Source: Pseudomonadota bacterium (GTDB taxonomy: Bacteria; Pseudomonadota; Gammaproteobacteria; SURF-13). Taken from it: a DNA stretch of 64,000 bases. The stretch covers positions 16,124 through 80,123 of the forward strand of contig JBFLZV010000002.1 of NCBI GenBank assembly GCA_040756035.1, written 5' to 3'. The notes under the pieces were generated by a model. The model ran no database searches. It saw only the letters and a program-made list of their open reading frames with translations, and was not told the DNA's origin. Positions 34,434 to 44,113 of this stretch are shown in pieces. Both the position numbers and the translations under genes were made by a program. Numbering within the stretch: position 1 is the first letter of the stretch; the number at the start of each line of letters is the position of its first letter.

Positions 34434-35765
34434 TTAGTAATCCAATCCCAATTTTTTCAGACGGTAGCGCAACGCGCGGAAGGTGATGCCGAGCAGTTTG
34501 GCGGCGGCGGTTTTGTTGTAGCGCGTTTTTTCCAGAGCCTTGATGATCGCTTCTTTTTCCAGCGTGTCGAGGTACGGTTCCAGCGGCAGTTTGCCGCCAT
34601 GCGCGTGTTGTTCGATGACGTGCTGCGGCAGGCGCAGATCGTCGGCGTCGATCACGCGGCCTTCGCACAGGGTCATGGCGCGCTCCAGAATATTTTCCAG
34701 TTCGCGCACATTGCCGGGAAATGGATGTTTCATCAGGGCGTCCATCGCGGCGGGCGTGAGTTCCGGCTTGGCGGTGTCGGCCTGCTCGGCGAGCCGCGTG
34801 AGAATGTGCTCGGCGAGGATGGGAATGTCTTGCGGGCGCTCGCGCAGGCTCGGCACGTGCAGTTCGATGACGTTGATGCGGTAAAACAAATCCTGGCGGA
34901 ATTCGCCTTGCTTGACGAGGCTGGCTAAATCCTTGTGCGTGGCGCTCAGGATGCGCACGTCGATGGGCACTTCCTTTTGCGCGCCGACCGGGCGCACCGC
35001 TTTTTCCTGAATGGCGCGCAGCAGTTTGACTTGCATGTGCAGCGGCAAATCGGCGACTTCGTCGAGAAACAGCGTGCCGCCCTCGGCCACTTGGAACAGT
35101 CCCGGTTTGTCCGCCACCGCGCCGGTGAAGCTGCCTTTTTTGTGTCCGAAAAATTCGCTTTCCATCAGATGTTCGGGAATGGCGCCGCAATTCACCGCGA
35201 TGAACGGGTGATCGGCGCGCGCCCCCTTTTCGTGAATCATGCGCGCCACCAGTTCCTTGCCGGTGCCGGACTCGCCGCTGATGTACACCGGCGCCTGGCT
35301 GCGCGCCAGCTTGGCGATGGTGGCGCGGGTGGCCTGCATGGCCGACGAATCGCCGAGCAGGGTGAGCGCGCCGCGCTGCGGCTGCTGATCCGGTTTTTCG
35401 GAAAGTTTCAGCGCCGTGTTGACCAGCGTGCGCAGCGCTTGCAGATCGACGGGCTTGGATACGAAATCGAACGCGCCGGCCTTGAGCGCGTGGATGGCCG
35501 ATTCCATGTTGCCGTGCGCGGTGATCACCGCGACCGGCAGATTAGGGTCGGTTTGTTGAATATGCTCGACCAGCCCAATGCCGTTGCCGTCCGGCAGGCG
35601 CATGTCGGTGAGGCACAAATCGAAATGCTGCTTGGACAACAGACTACGCGCCTGACCGAGTGTTTCCGCGGTGTGCGTTTGAATGTTCATGCGCCCAAGG
35701 GTGAGCTGCAAGAGCTCGCGGATGTCGGGCTCGTCATCGACGACTAAAGCGAGGTGCGGCGACAT
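34434..35765 (-). CDS. pilR: Sigma-54-dependent response regulator PilR
   Basis: Has receiver, AAA+ sigma-54 activation domain (GESGTGKE, GAFTGA-like ESEFFGH) and HTH. Very similar to P. aeruginosa PilR along its length. Start at MSPHLALVVDDEP. Confidence 0.85.
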   Translation of the reverse strand: MSPHLALVVDDEPDIRELLQLTLGRMNIQTHTAETLGQARSLLSKQHFDLCLTDMRLPDGNGIGLVEHIQQTDPNLPVAVITAHGNMESAIHALKAGAFDFVSKPVDLQALRTLVNTALKLSEKPDQQPQRGALTLLGDSSAMQATRATIAKLARSQAPVYISGESGTGKELVARMIHEKGARADHPFIAVNCGAIPEHLMESEFFGHKKGSFTGAVADKPGLFQVAEGGTLFLDEVADLPLHMQVKLLRAIQEKAVRPVGAQKEVPIDVRILSATHKDLASLVKQGEFRQDLFYRINVIELHVPSLRERPQDIPILAEHILTRLAEQADTAKPELTPAAMDALMKHPFPGNVRELENILERAMTLCEGRVIDADDLRLPQHVIEQHAHGGKLPLEPYLDTLEKEAIIKALEKTRYNKTAAAKLLGITFRALRYRLKKLGLDY

Positions 35766-35943
35766 GATAGTAATACCCTCTCTACCCGGATACGGCAACT
35801 ACAGACAAGCGGGCGAAAGACACAAGGAGTCATGCACAAAAGCCGCGCGCATGTCTGCTGCCGGGGGATATTTTTGAGTAATGCTGGAACGTCTTCAATA
35901 TGCGGACTATACAGCGTAAGGCTGAGTTTGAAAAGCGTGTCAA

Positions 35944-37578
35944 TCAGGCGACCTGGCGACGACGCGGGTCGGCGAAGGTGATGCGGAAGCAACTGCCGCC
36001 GGCGGGCATGGCGACGTAACTCAGCCGCGCTTGGTTGCATTCGCACAGTTCGCGCGCGATGTACAGGCCGAGTCCGGTGCCGCTCTGTTCGGTGGTGAAG
36101 AACGGCTCGAAGATGTGCTGTACCACGTCCGGCGCGATGCCGGGGCCGGTGTCGATCACGTCCAGGAACGGCGCGCGCGATTCCAGCAGCACGCCGTTAC
36201 GCAACGTGAGGCGCGGGCCGCCGTTCTGCCGCGCGTAGCGCAGACCGTTTTCGCACAGATTACATAAAATTTGCTGCAACTGACTGGGGTCCATGCGCAC
36301 CACGACGTCCGGCGCGCCGTGTTCCAAATCGATTTCGGCGCCGTCGATGTTTTGGCTGCGCGTGAAATCATCGACGAATTCCTCCAGCCACGGCTTTAAT
36401 TGAAAATCGGCCGGATGCGAGCGCTCGCGGCGGCTCAATTGCAGCATGTTCTCGACGATCTTGTTCATGCGCTGCGATTGTTCGCGAATGATTTGCGTGA
36501 GACGCGCCTCGCCGCCGCCGACCGATTCAGCGAGCAGTTGGCCGGCGTGGCTGATGGCCGCGAGCGGATTGCGTATCTCGTGCGCGATGCTGGCGGTGAG
36601 CCGCCCCAGCGAGGCGAGTTTGAGATGTTGCGCCTGCTGTGCGATGCTCGACGTGTCTTCCAGAAATATCAACGTGCCAGGTGTTTCGCCGCGGCCCAGG
36701 CGCGCGAAGCGCGGCAGGATGTCCGCTGCGTTGGTAAACGGGCGGAAGGCGCTGGGTTCGTAAAGCTGGTTTTCGGAGCGCCACGCCTTGAGCTGACGTG
36801 CCAAATCCGGCGACAGTCGTTCGAGCGCTTGCCGCTCTTGCGTATGCGCAATGCCGAGCAAGTGCCAGGCGGATTCGTTCATAAGGCGTATCTCATCTGC
36901 GCCGTCCAGCACGATGATGCCGGTTTGCATACGCTGGACGATGTAGTCGGTGAGCTGCGCCATGTGCGCGAGTTCCTCGCCGCGGCTTTGCGCGAGCGCC
37001 TCGCTTTCGCGCACGCGCTGCGCCAGGATGTGGGAGAGTATGGCGGCGCCGAAGAAGGTTGCGCCGAGCATGCCCGCCTGCGTGTAGCCGCTGACGTCGG
37101 AGAGGGTACGGAGGTGCGCGTAAAGTTGTTCGTTGAGAACCGCCAGCGTGGCGACGGCGGCGAGCAGTATGGCGGCGCGCAGATTAGTAAGAATGCTACC
37201 CGCCGCGATCGAGACCACCAACAACATGCCGAGGCCGCTGCTGATGCCGCCGCTGGCGTGCATCAGCAGCGTGATAAATACGATGTCGAATAATACTTGC
37301 GCGTAAAGCTGGATACCGAAGGCCGGCCAGCGCGCCAGCAGGGCGAGCGCGCAAGCGACGGCGAAGGCAAGGTAGCCGACGGTCAATTGTATGAACAGCG
37401 TAGGATTGTGCTCGCCCAATGGTTTGGGCAGACCCTCGCTGCTCAGCATTAAAATAAGAAACAGCGTGGCAACGCCTAAACGGTAAAGAGTAAGCAGGCC
37501 AAGCGGCCGCCAAGTTTGCGCGGGGACGGCGGTGTCGCCCGCGCGGGTTTTGGGGTGCAGATAAGAGAGTATGGTCAT
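35944..37578 (-). CDS. pilS: Sensor histidine kinase PilS
   Basis: Multi-TM N-terminus, HisKA (HEIRNPL) and HATPase_c (GTGLGLYIARELCE). Collinear with P. aeruginosa PilS. The start is either 37578 or 37605. Confidence 0.8.
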   Translation of the reverse strand: MTILSYLHPKTRAGDTAVPAQTWRPLGLLTLYRLGVATLFLILMLSSEGLPKPLGEHNPTLFIQLTVGYLAFAVACALALLARWPAFGIQLYAQVLFDIVFITLLMHASGGISSGLGMLLVVSIAAGSILTNLRAAILLAAVATLAVLNEQLYAHLRTLSDVSGYTQAGMLGATFFGAAILSHILAQRVRESEALAQSRGEELAHMAQLTDYIVQRMQTGIIVLDGADEIRLMNESAWHLLGIAHTQERQALERLSPDLARQLKAWRSENQLYEPSAFRPFTNAADILPRFARLGRGETPGTLIFLEDTSSIAQQAQHLKLASLGRLTASIAHEIRNPLAAISHAGQLLAESVGGGEARLTQIIREQSQRMNKIVENMLQLSRRERSHPADFQLKPWLEEFVDDFTRSQNIDGAEIDLEHGAPDVVVRMDPSQLQQILCNLCENGLRYARQNGGPRLTLRNGVLLESRAPFLDVIDTGPGIAPDVVQHIFEPFFTTEQSGTGLGLYIARELCECNQARLSYVAMPAGGSCFRITFADPRRRQVA

Positions 37579-37632
37579 CACCGGGGACGGCGGCAAGGAA
37601 CGCATTATTTTAACATGAACAGACCTTTTGCA

Positions 37633-37860
37633 TTATTTTTGTACGTCCCCGGGGAGGTGTTGGACGGAGCAGTAATAGTCATCGCCGCGCCGCAGCGCCT
37701 CGCTTTCCGGCACGTGCAAGCCACATTGCGCGCAACGCACCATGGTGCCGATGCGCGCCGGCTTTTTTTTGGCCGCGCGCGAGCGTTGCAGGTAACCGCG
37801 CACGATGAGCGCTATCACCCAGATGAGCAGAACAATAAGCAGGAAGCGGATAAAGGACAT
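37633..37860 (-). CDS. Small membrane-anchored zinc-ribbon protein (PP0621-like family)
   Basis: 75 aa. An N-terminal TM helix is followed by a CxxC...C..H cluster (CAQCGLH...YYCSVQH). Sits between pilS and sucC. Confidence 0.5.
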   Translation of the reverse strand: MSFIRFLLIVLLIWVIALIVRGYLQRSRAAKKKPARIGTMVRCAQCGLHVPESEALRRGDDYYCSVQHLPGDVQK

Positions 37861-37963
37861 AAATCGTTTTGGTCTCGGTTAACTTAACTAGCATAGCGCA
37901 TTTTGCGTAAATCGCCCATTTCCGCCACAATAGCGCCTTTTATGCAAGGGTGCTGACGAGCGC

Positions 37964-39136
37964 ATGAATCTCCACGAATACCAAGCCAAACAACTGTTTG
38001 CCGCATACGCCATTTCGGTGACCGCCGGTAAACCGGCGCGCTCGGCGGAGGAGGCGGCGGACGTTGCCGAGGAACTGGGTGGCGCGAATTGGATTGTGAA
38101 GGCGCAGGTGCACGCGGGCGGACGCGGCAAGGCGGGCGGCGTGCGCCGCGCGACGAGTTTGCACGAGGTGCGCGAGATCGTTGCCGCGCTGCTCGGCGCG
38201 CGGCTGGTCACGGCGCAGACCGGCGCCGAGGGTTTGCCCGTGCACAGCGTGCTGATCGAGCGGCCGTGCGCGATTGCGCGCGAGCTGTATCTCGGCGTGC
38301 TGGTCGACCGCGGCCGCGAACGCGTGGTGTTCATGGCGTCGGCGGCGGGCGGCATGGACATCGAGGAGCTCGCCGCCCGCCAGCCCGAAGCCATACACAC
38401 GGCGGCGGTCGATCCGGTGGCGGGTTTGCAGCCTTATCAATGCCGCCGCATCGGTTTCGCGCTGGGTCTGAATGATACGCAGGTAGCGGCGCTCACGCGC
38501 ATCATGTTGAGCCTCTATCGCTTGTTCACGGAAAAAGACGCGAGCCTGGTCGAGATCAATCCGCTCATCGTCACCGACGCGGGTGAGTTGCTGGCGCTGG
38601 ACGCCAAGGTTACGCTCGACGACAACGCCTTATATCGCCAATCCGAACTCGCCGCGCTGCGCGACGTGACGCAAGAGGACGCGCGTGAACACGCCGCGCG
38701 GCAATTCGGACTCAATTACATCACGCTCGGCGGCAACATCGCTTGCATGGTGAACGGCGCCGGATTGGCTATGGCGACCATGGACTTGATCAAGCTGCAC
38801 GGCGGCGAGCCCGCCAATTTTCTCGACGTGGGCGGCGGCACCAGCAGCGAAAAAGTCGCGCAGGCGTTCAAGCTGATATTGTCCGACACCAAGGTCAAGG
38901 CCATCTTGGTGAATATTTTCGGCGGCATTGTGCGCTGCGATTTGATCGCGGAAGGCATCATCCAGGCCGCGCGCGAGACCGCCGTGCGCATTCCCATTGT
39001 GGCGCGCCTGGAAGGCACCAACGTGGAGCGCGGACGCGAATTATTGAAGAACAGCGGCCTAGCCATCGTCACGGCCACGGATTTGACCGATGCGGCGGTG
39101 AAGGCCGTGGCGGCGGGAAAAGGCTTGAAAATCTAA
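37964..39136 (+). CDS. sucC: Succinyl-CoA ligase (ADP-forming) beta subunit
   Basis: 390 aa with the ATP-grasp domain (MNLHEYQAKQLF...). Confidence 0.95.
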   Translation: MNLHEYQAKQLFAAYAISVTAGKPARSAEEAADVAEELGGANWIVKAQVHAGGRGKAGGVRRATSLHEVREIVAALLGARLVTAQTGAEGLPVHSVLIERPCAIARELYLGVLVDRGRERVVFMASAAGGMDIEELAARQPEAIHTAAVDPVAGLQPYQCRRIGFALGLNDTQVAALTRIMLSLYRLFTEKDASLVEINPLIVTDAGELLALDAKVTLDDNALYRQSELAALRDVTQEDAREHAARQFGLNYITLGGNIACMVNGAGLAMATMDLIKLHGGEPANFLDVGGGTSSEKVAQAFKLILSDTKVKAILVNIFGGIVRCDLIAEGIIQAARETAVRIPIVARLEGTNVERGRELLKNSGLAIVTATDLTDAAVKAVAAGKGLKI

Positions 39137-39318
39137 CGCAAAGACGCGAAGACGCAAACAAAAAAATGATTATGGATCAAGATGAAAGTTTATCGTCTCT
39201 GCACTTCTTCGCGGAAAATTATCTTGTTTATATTTACCCCTGCATTTGGGAAGGACTATGAATTTTCCGAGCAAGTGGTTTTTTAATTATTCTCTTTGCG
39301 TCTTGGCGTCTTTGCGTT
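39135..39318. mobile_element. MITE-like element with 24-bp terminal inverted repeats, inserted between sucC and sucD
   Basis: The left TIR AACGCAAAGACGCGAAGACGCAAA (39135-39158) and the reverse complement of the right TIR AACGCAAAGACGCCAAGACGCAAA (39295-39318) match at 23 of 24 positions. The interior is AT-rich. The left TIR starts inside the sucC TAA stop codon. Confidence 0.7.
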
Positions 39319-39333
39319 GAGGTTTTTTAGTCT

Positions 39334-40209
39334 GTGTCAATTTTGATTGATAAAAACACGCGCGTGATTTGCCAAGGCTTCACCGGCAAGCAAGGCACGT
39401 TTCACTCCGAGCAGGCCATTGCTTATGGCACGCGCATGGTGGGCGGTGTTACGCCGGGCAAGGGTGGGCAAACGCATTTGGGGCTGCCGGTGTTCGACAC
39501 CGTGCATGACGCAGTGCGCGCGACCGGCGCGCAGGCGAGCATGATTTACGTGCCCGCACCGTTTGCCGCGGACGCCATTCTGGAAGCGGCGGACGCGGGC
39601 ATGGAATTGATCGTGTGCATTACCGAGGGCATTCCGGTGCTGGACATGCTGAAAGTCAAGGCGGCGCTGCGCGGTTCAACGGCGCGTTTGATCGGGCCGA
39701 ATTGTCCGGGCGTGATTACGCCCGGCGCGTGCAAGATCGGCATCATGCCCGGCGCCATTCATCAACCCGGTTGCGTCGGCATCGTATCACGCTCCGGCAC
39801 GCTCACCTATGAAGCCGTATTCCAAACCACCGCCAACGGCTTGGGACAAAGCACCTGCGTGGGCATCGGCGGCGATCCTATCCAGGGCATGGGTTTTATC
39901 GATTGCCTGGAATTGTTCGAACGCGACGCGCAAACGCGCGGCATTATTCTGGTGGGTGAGATCGGCGGCGCGGCGGAAGAAGCGGCGGCGGATTACATTA
40001 AGCAGCACGTATCCAAACCGGTTGTGGCTTACATCGCCGGTGCGACCGCGCCGCCCGGCAAGCGCATGGGCCACGCGGGTGCGATTATCAGCGGCGGCCA
40101 AGGCACGGCGCACGCGAAAGTCGCCGCGTTGGAAGCGTCTGGCGTGAGCGTCGCGCGCTCGCCCGCGGATATGGGGCGGCTGATGTTTGAGAAGCTCAGT
40201 AAGAAGTGA
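39334..40209 (+). CDS. sucD: Succinyl-CoA ligase alpha subunit
   Basis: 291 aa with the CoA-binding and His-phosphorylation loop signature. GTG start with a GAGG Shine-Dalgarno that directly abuts the right end of a MITE-like insert. Confidence 0.95.
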   Translation: MSILIDKNTRVICQGFTGKQGTFHSEQAIAYGTRMVGGVTPGKGGQTHLGLPVFDTVHDAVRATGAQASMIYVPAPFAADAILEAADAGMELIVCITEGIPVLDMLKVKAALRGSTARLIGPNCPGVITPGACKIGIMPGAIHQPGCVGIVSRSGTLTYEAVFQTTANGLGQSTCVGIGGDPIQGMGFIDCLELFERDAQTRGIILVGEIGGAAEEAAADYIKQHVSKPVVAYIAGATAPPGKRMGHAGAIISGGQGTAHAKVAALEASGVSVARSPADMGRLMFEKLSKK

Positions 40210-40292
40210 GGAGTTAGGAGTGAGGAGTAAAAACCCCCATGCATCTTGAGCACAGGTCTTCCTCCCCACGCCTTACTTCTTACACCTCACTG
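40206..40292. repeat. Family 2 palindromic element, copy C. Overlaps the sucD stop and lies upstream of nadE.
   Basis: GTGAGGAGTTAGGAGTGAGGAGTAAAAACCCCC ... CTTCCTCCCCACGCCTTACTTCTTACACCTCAC. Confidence 0.75.
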
Positions 40293-40306
40293 GACGAAGC
40301 CCCGTC

Positions 40307-41923
40307 ATGACTACTCAACTACGCCTAGCCCTGGCCCAGATCAATACGCTGGTCGGCGACGTGTCCGGCAACGTCGCCAAGTTCATCGGCGCGGCGCGGC
40401 GCGCGCGCGACGAATTGCGCGCGCACGCGATTGTGTTTCCCGAGCTGGCGCTCAGCGGTTATCCGCCGGAGGATTTAGTGCTGCGCGAGGATTTTTGCGC
40501 GCGCGTGCAGGCCGGACTCGCCGAGCTGGCGCAGGCCACTGTCGGCATCGACGTGATCGTCGGCTATCCGCATCGCGTGGGCGGCAATGTGCTGCATAAT
40601 TCCGCGGCGCTGCTGCGCGACGGCGCGCAGATCGCGCGTTACGACAAGCAATTCCTGCCCAATTACAGCGTATTCGACGAGAAGCGTTACTTCACGCCCG
40701 GCGCCCGGCCGTGCGTGGTGACGCTGCAAGGCGTGCCGGTGGCGCTGACCATTTGCGAGGATATCTGGATGCCCGGCCCGGCGCGCCAGGCGCGCGACGC
40801 CGGCGCACGTGCGATTCTCACCCTCAATGCCTCGCCGTTTCATATCGGCAAGGGCGCCGAGCGCGAGGCGCTGCTCAAGCAGCGCGTTACCGAGAGCGGT
40901 CTGCCTATTGTCTATCTCAATCTGGTGGGCGGCCAGGACGAACTGGTGTTCGACGGCGAGTCGCTGGCGGTGGACGCGCAAGGAGGCACCGTGCTGCGCG
41001 CGCCGGCCTTCGAGGAAGGGCTATACACCTTAGACCTCGACGAACAAGGTATGCGCGCCGTCGGGCCGTTGAGCACGCCGCTCACAGAGGAAGAAAGTGT
41101 CTATCGCGCACTGGTGCTGGGCGTACGTGATTACGTAAACAAAAACGGTTTTCGCAGCGTGGTGATAGGGCTGTCCGGCGGTGTCGATTCGGCGCTCACT
41201 CTGCTGCTCGCGGTGGATGCCCTGGGCGCGCAGCGTGTGCAGGCGGTGATGATGCCGTCGCGCTATACGTCCGACATGAGTTTGGAAGATGCGCAGGCCC
41301 TGGCGCAGGCGCTCGGTGTGAAATACAGCGTCATCTCCATCGAGCCTGCGTTCAGTGCGTTTTTGGAAAGTTTGAAACAAGAATTCGCCGGGCTGGCGCC
41401 GGATGTGACCGAGGAAAACATCCAGGCGCGCTGCCGCGGGGTGATCCTGATGGCGCTGGCCAATAAGAAGCGCGCCATGGTGCTGACCACCGGTAACAAG
41501 AGTGAATTTGCGGTCGGTTATGCTACGCTATACGGCGACATGGCGGGAGGCTTCGCGCCGATCAAGGACGTGCCCAAAACCTTGGTGTATCGATTGGCCG
41601 CCTACCGCAATGGTTTGGCGCGCGTCATTCCGCAGCGCATTCTCAAGCGCGCGCCGTCCGCGGAGCTGGCGCCCGGTCAAAAAGACACGGACAGCCTGCC
41701 GCCCTATGCGGTGCTGGACCCGATTTTGCATAGGTACGTCGAATTGGACAAACGCTGCGAGGACATCGTAGCAGAGGGATTCGACGAGGCGACCGTGCGC
41801 CGCGTGATCGCCATGGTCGATCGTAACGAATACAAGCGCCGCCAAGCCCCGCCCGGGGTGCGCATCACGCGGCGCGCGTTCGGGCGCGATAGGCGGTATC
41901 CTATTACTTGCGGTTTTAAGTAG
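40307..41923 (+). CDS. nadE: Glutamine-dependent NAD+ synthetase (nitrilase domain + NAD synthetase domain)
   Basis: 538 aa. Has an N-terminal CN-hydrolase domain and a C-terminal PP-loop (SGGVDS). Confidence 0.9.
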   Translation: MTTQLRLALAQINTLVGDVSGNVAKFIGAARRARDELRAHAIVFPELALSGYPPEDLVLREDFCARVQAGLAELAQATVGIDVIVGYPHRVGGNVLHNSAALLRDGAQIARYDKQFLPNYSVFDEKRYFTPGARPCVVTLQGVPVALTICEDIWMPGPARQARDAGARAILTLNASPFHIGKGAEREALLKQRVTESGLPIVYLNLVGGQDELVFDGESLAVDAQGGTVLRAPAFEEGLYTLDLDEQGMRAVGPLSTPLTEEESVYRALVLGVRDYVNKNGFRSVVIGLSGGVDSALTLLLAVDALGAQRVQAVMMPSRYTSDMSLEDAQALAQALGVKYSVISIEPAFSAFLESLKQEFAGLAPDVTEENIQARCRGVILMALANKKRAMVLTTGNKSEFAVGYATLYGDMAGGFAPIKDVPKTLVYRLAAYRNGLARVIPQRILKRAPSAELAPGQKDTDSLPPYAVLDPILHRYVELDKRCEDIVAEGFDEATVRRVIAMVDRNEYKRRQAPPGVRITRRAFGRDRRYPITCGFK

Positions 41924-41928
41924 AATAG

Positions 41929-42294
<366 letters not shown>

Positions 42295-42545
42295 GATTTA
42301 TTCCGGCCTGCTTCCGTTTAATATCGACGGAGCTATGCGAACATCGAGCATTGTCTCTTGGGGGTTGGGATGGGATCGCCCAACTCGCGCGCTGTATCAA
42401 TCCATAATTGAATAGCTTCTTGCACGTTAGCCAACGCTGCTTCCTGCGTGTCGCCATGCGCCCGGGTAGTTCCGGCGCTTCGGTGACGAAGGCTTGATCC
42501 TCATCACCTCAGTAGAGAATGATCTCGTATTTATACATCAACGAT

Positions 42546-43067
42546 TTATAAATATTTCACCACTTCATCCATGCGCCGACGCGGCGTAGGTTCGGGGAGT
42601 TCGGCGGGGTAGCCGAGGCTGAGCAGCGCGACGGGAATTATGCCGTTGTCCAATTTTAGAATTTTCGCGACCGCGTCTTCATCAAAGCTGCCCACCCAGG
42701 TGGAGGCCATGCCCGCCGCGACGATGGCGAGTTGCGCGTAGGCGGCGGCGATGGTGGCGTCTTGCAGGGCGTAGAGGGTTTCGCCGCGCGTGCCGTATTG
42801 CTGCGCGGAACGCCGCGGGTCGCTGCAAAACACCAGGCACACCGGCGCCGCGGCGATGAAGGTTTGGTCGTGCGCGGCTTGGCGCAGCGCCTCGCGCTGC
42901 GCTTGATTTTGCACGACCACGATGCGGTAGGCTTGCAGGTCGCCGGCGGAGGGCGCGGCGCAGGCCATTTCCAAAACGGCGTGCAGCTTTTCGCTTTCCA
43001 CCGGCATGTCGGATTGGTATTTGCGCACCGAGTGCCGGTAGCGCACGGTCTCGAAGAAATCCCACAT
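42546..43067 (-). CDS. Nitroreductase family protein
   Basis: 173 aa with the FMN-nitroreductase fold signature (RHSVRKY, PSAGDLQ). Confidence 0.75.
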   Translation of the reverse strand: MWDFFETVRYRHSVRKYQSDMPVESEKLHAVLEMACAAPSAGDLQAYRIVVVQNQAQREALRQAAHDQTFIAAAPVCLVFCSDPRRSAQQYGTRGETLYALQDATIAAAYAQLAIVAAGMASTWVGSFDEDAVAKILKLDNGIIPVALLSLGYPAELPEPTPRRRMDEVVKYL

Positions 43068-43087
43068 GGCGTGCTCCTTGGTTAGGG

Positions 43088-43153
43088 GGGGTGAGGTGTG
43101 AGGAGTAAGGAGTAAAAGGTATCACTCCTCACACCTCACTCCTCACGCCTCAC
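43088..43153. repeat. Family 2 palindromic element, copy D, between the nitroreductase gene and bamD
   Basis: GGGTGAGGTGTGAGGAGTAAGGAGTAAAAGG ... TCACTCCTCACACCTCACTCCTCACGCCTCAC. Confidence 0.75.
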
Positions 43154-43156
43154 GAC

Positions 43157-43936
43157 TTACTTAAGCGTTAGATTCTCCACCTCGGCGATGGCCGGGTGAT
43201 CGGGATAGTTCAGCTTCAGCACGCGCAGCGCGTCGGCGGACAGGTCGTTGAGGTTCATGATCTTGTACGCCTTGGCCATCACACCGAGCGCGTCGGGCAC
43301 GGCGGGCGTGCGCGGATAATTTTCCACCACGTATTTGGCGCGGTTGGCGGCGGCCACAAATGCTTCGCGCTTCATGTAATAATTGGCCACGTTGACTTCG
43401 TACTGCGCGAGATTGTTGCGCAGAAAAGTCATGCGCAGCGCGGCGTCCTTGGCGTATTTGCTGTTCGGGAAGCGCTTGACCAGTTCGGCAAAATCCTGGA
43501 ACGATTGGCGCGCGGCGCCGGGGTCGCGCTGCGTCGGGTCTTGCGGCAGATAGCGCTCGACGAGACCGCGGCTTTGATTGAAATTCGCCAACCCCTTTAA
43601 ATAATAGGCGTAGTCCACGTACGGGTGGCGCGGGTGCAGTTTGATAAAGCGGTCCGCGGCGGCGACGGCGGAGGCGGGTTCCTGGTCTTTATAGTAAGCG
43701 TAGATGATTTCCAATTGCGCCTGCTGGGCATAGCGCCCGAACGGGTAGCGGCCTTCCAGGGTCTCGAAATATTTGATGGCGGTGGCGTAGTCGCCGGAAT
43801 CGAGCGCGTCCTTGGCCTCCGCGTAGAGGCGTTCGGCGGACCAGTTCTTGGTCTTGTCGATTTGCTCCGGCAGCAATCCGCAGCCGGCCACGGCGGCGAA
43901 AAGTGCGATAATAAGCAACGATTTGAGAGTGCGCAT
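43157..43936 (-). CDS. bamD: Outer membrane protein assembly factor BamD (YfiO), TPR lipoprotein
   Basis: Lipoprotein signal (LFAAVAGC) plus TPR repeats. Divergent from rluD, as in E. coli. Confidence 0.85.
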   Translation of the reverse strand: MRTLKSLLIIALFAAVAGCGLLPEQIDKTKNWSAERLYAEAKDALDSGDYATAIKYFETLEGRYPFGRYAQQAQLEIIYAYYKDQEPASAVAAADRFIKLHPRHPYVDYAYYLKGLANFNQSRGLVERYLPQDPTQRDPGAARQSFQDFAELVKRFPNSKYAKDAALRMTFLRNNLAQYEVNVANYYMKREAFVAAANRAKYVVENYPRTPAVPDALGVMAKAYKIMNLNDLSADALRVLKLNYPDHPAIAEVENLTLK

Positions 43937-44043
43937 GGTGTTACCAAGAAGCTCACTGGTTAAGATAACGTCCCCGCTGCGTTCCCGCCCCCCCCTGTGT
44001 AGAGGGCGGGATAGGGTGGGGGCAGGGTGAAATAAGAATTCTA

Positions 44044-44092
44044 CTAAGAAGAAACAAAATAAGCGATGGCCGCTTATTTTGTTTCTTCTTAG
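44044..44092. promoter_or_regulatory. Perfect 22-bp inverted repeat with a 5-nt spacer, in the bamD-rluD divergent promoter region
   Basis: CTAAGAAGAAACAAAATAAGCG-ATGGC-CGCTTATTTTGTTTCTTCTTAG. The exact complementarity was verified by hand. Confidence 0.5.
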
Positions 44093-44113
44093 TTAAGGTG
44101 CTGGGTTAAAGAC

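Noticed and set aside
38743-39261. 172-aa ORF spanning the sucC 3' end and the MITE interior, plus a 31-aa ORF inside the MITE
   Set aside because: The long ORF is a shadow frame of sucC that reads into the insert. The 31-aa interior ORF (MIMDQDESLSS...) has no Shine-Dalgarno and no homology signal. It is probably incidental.
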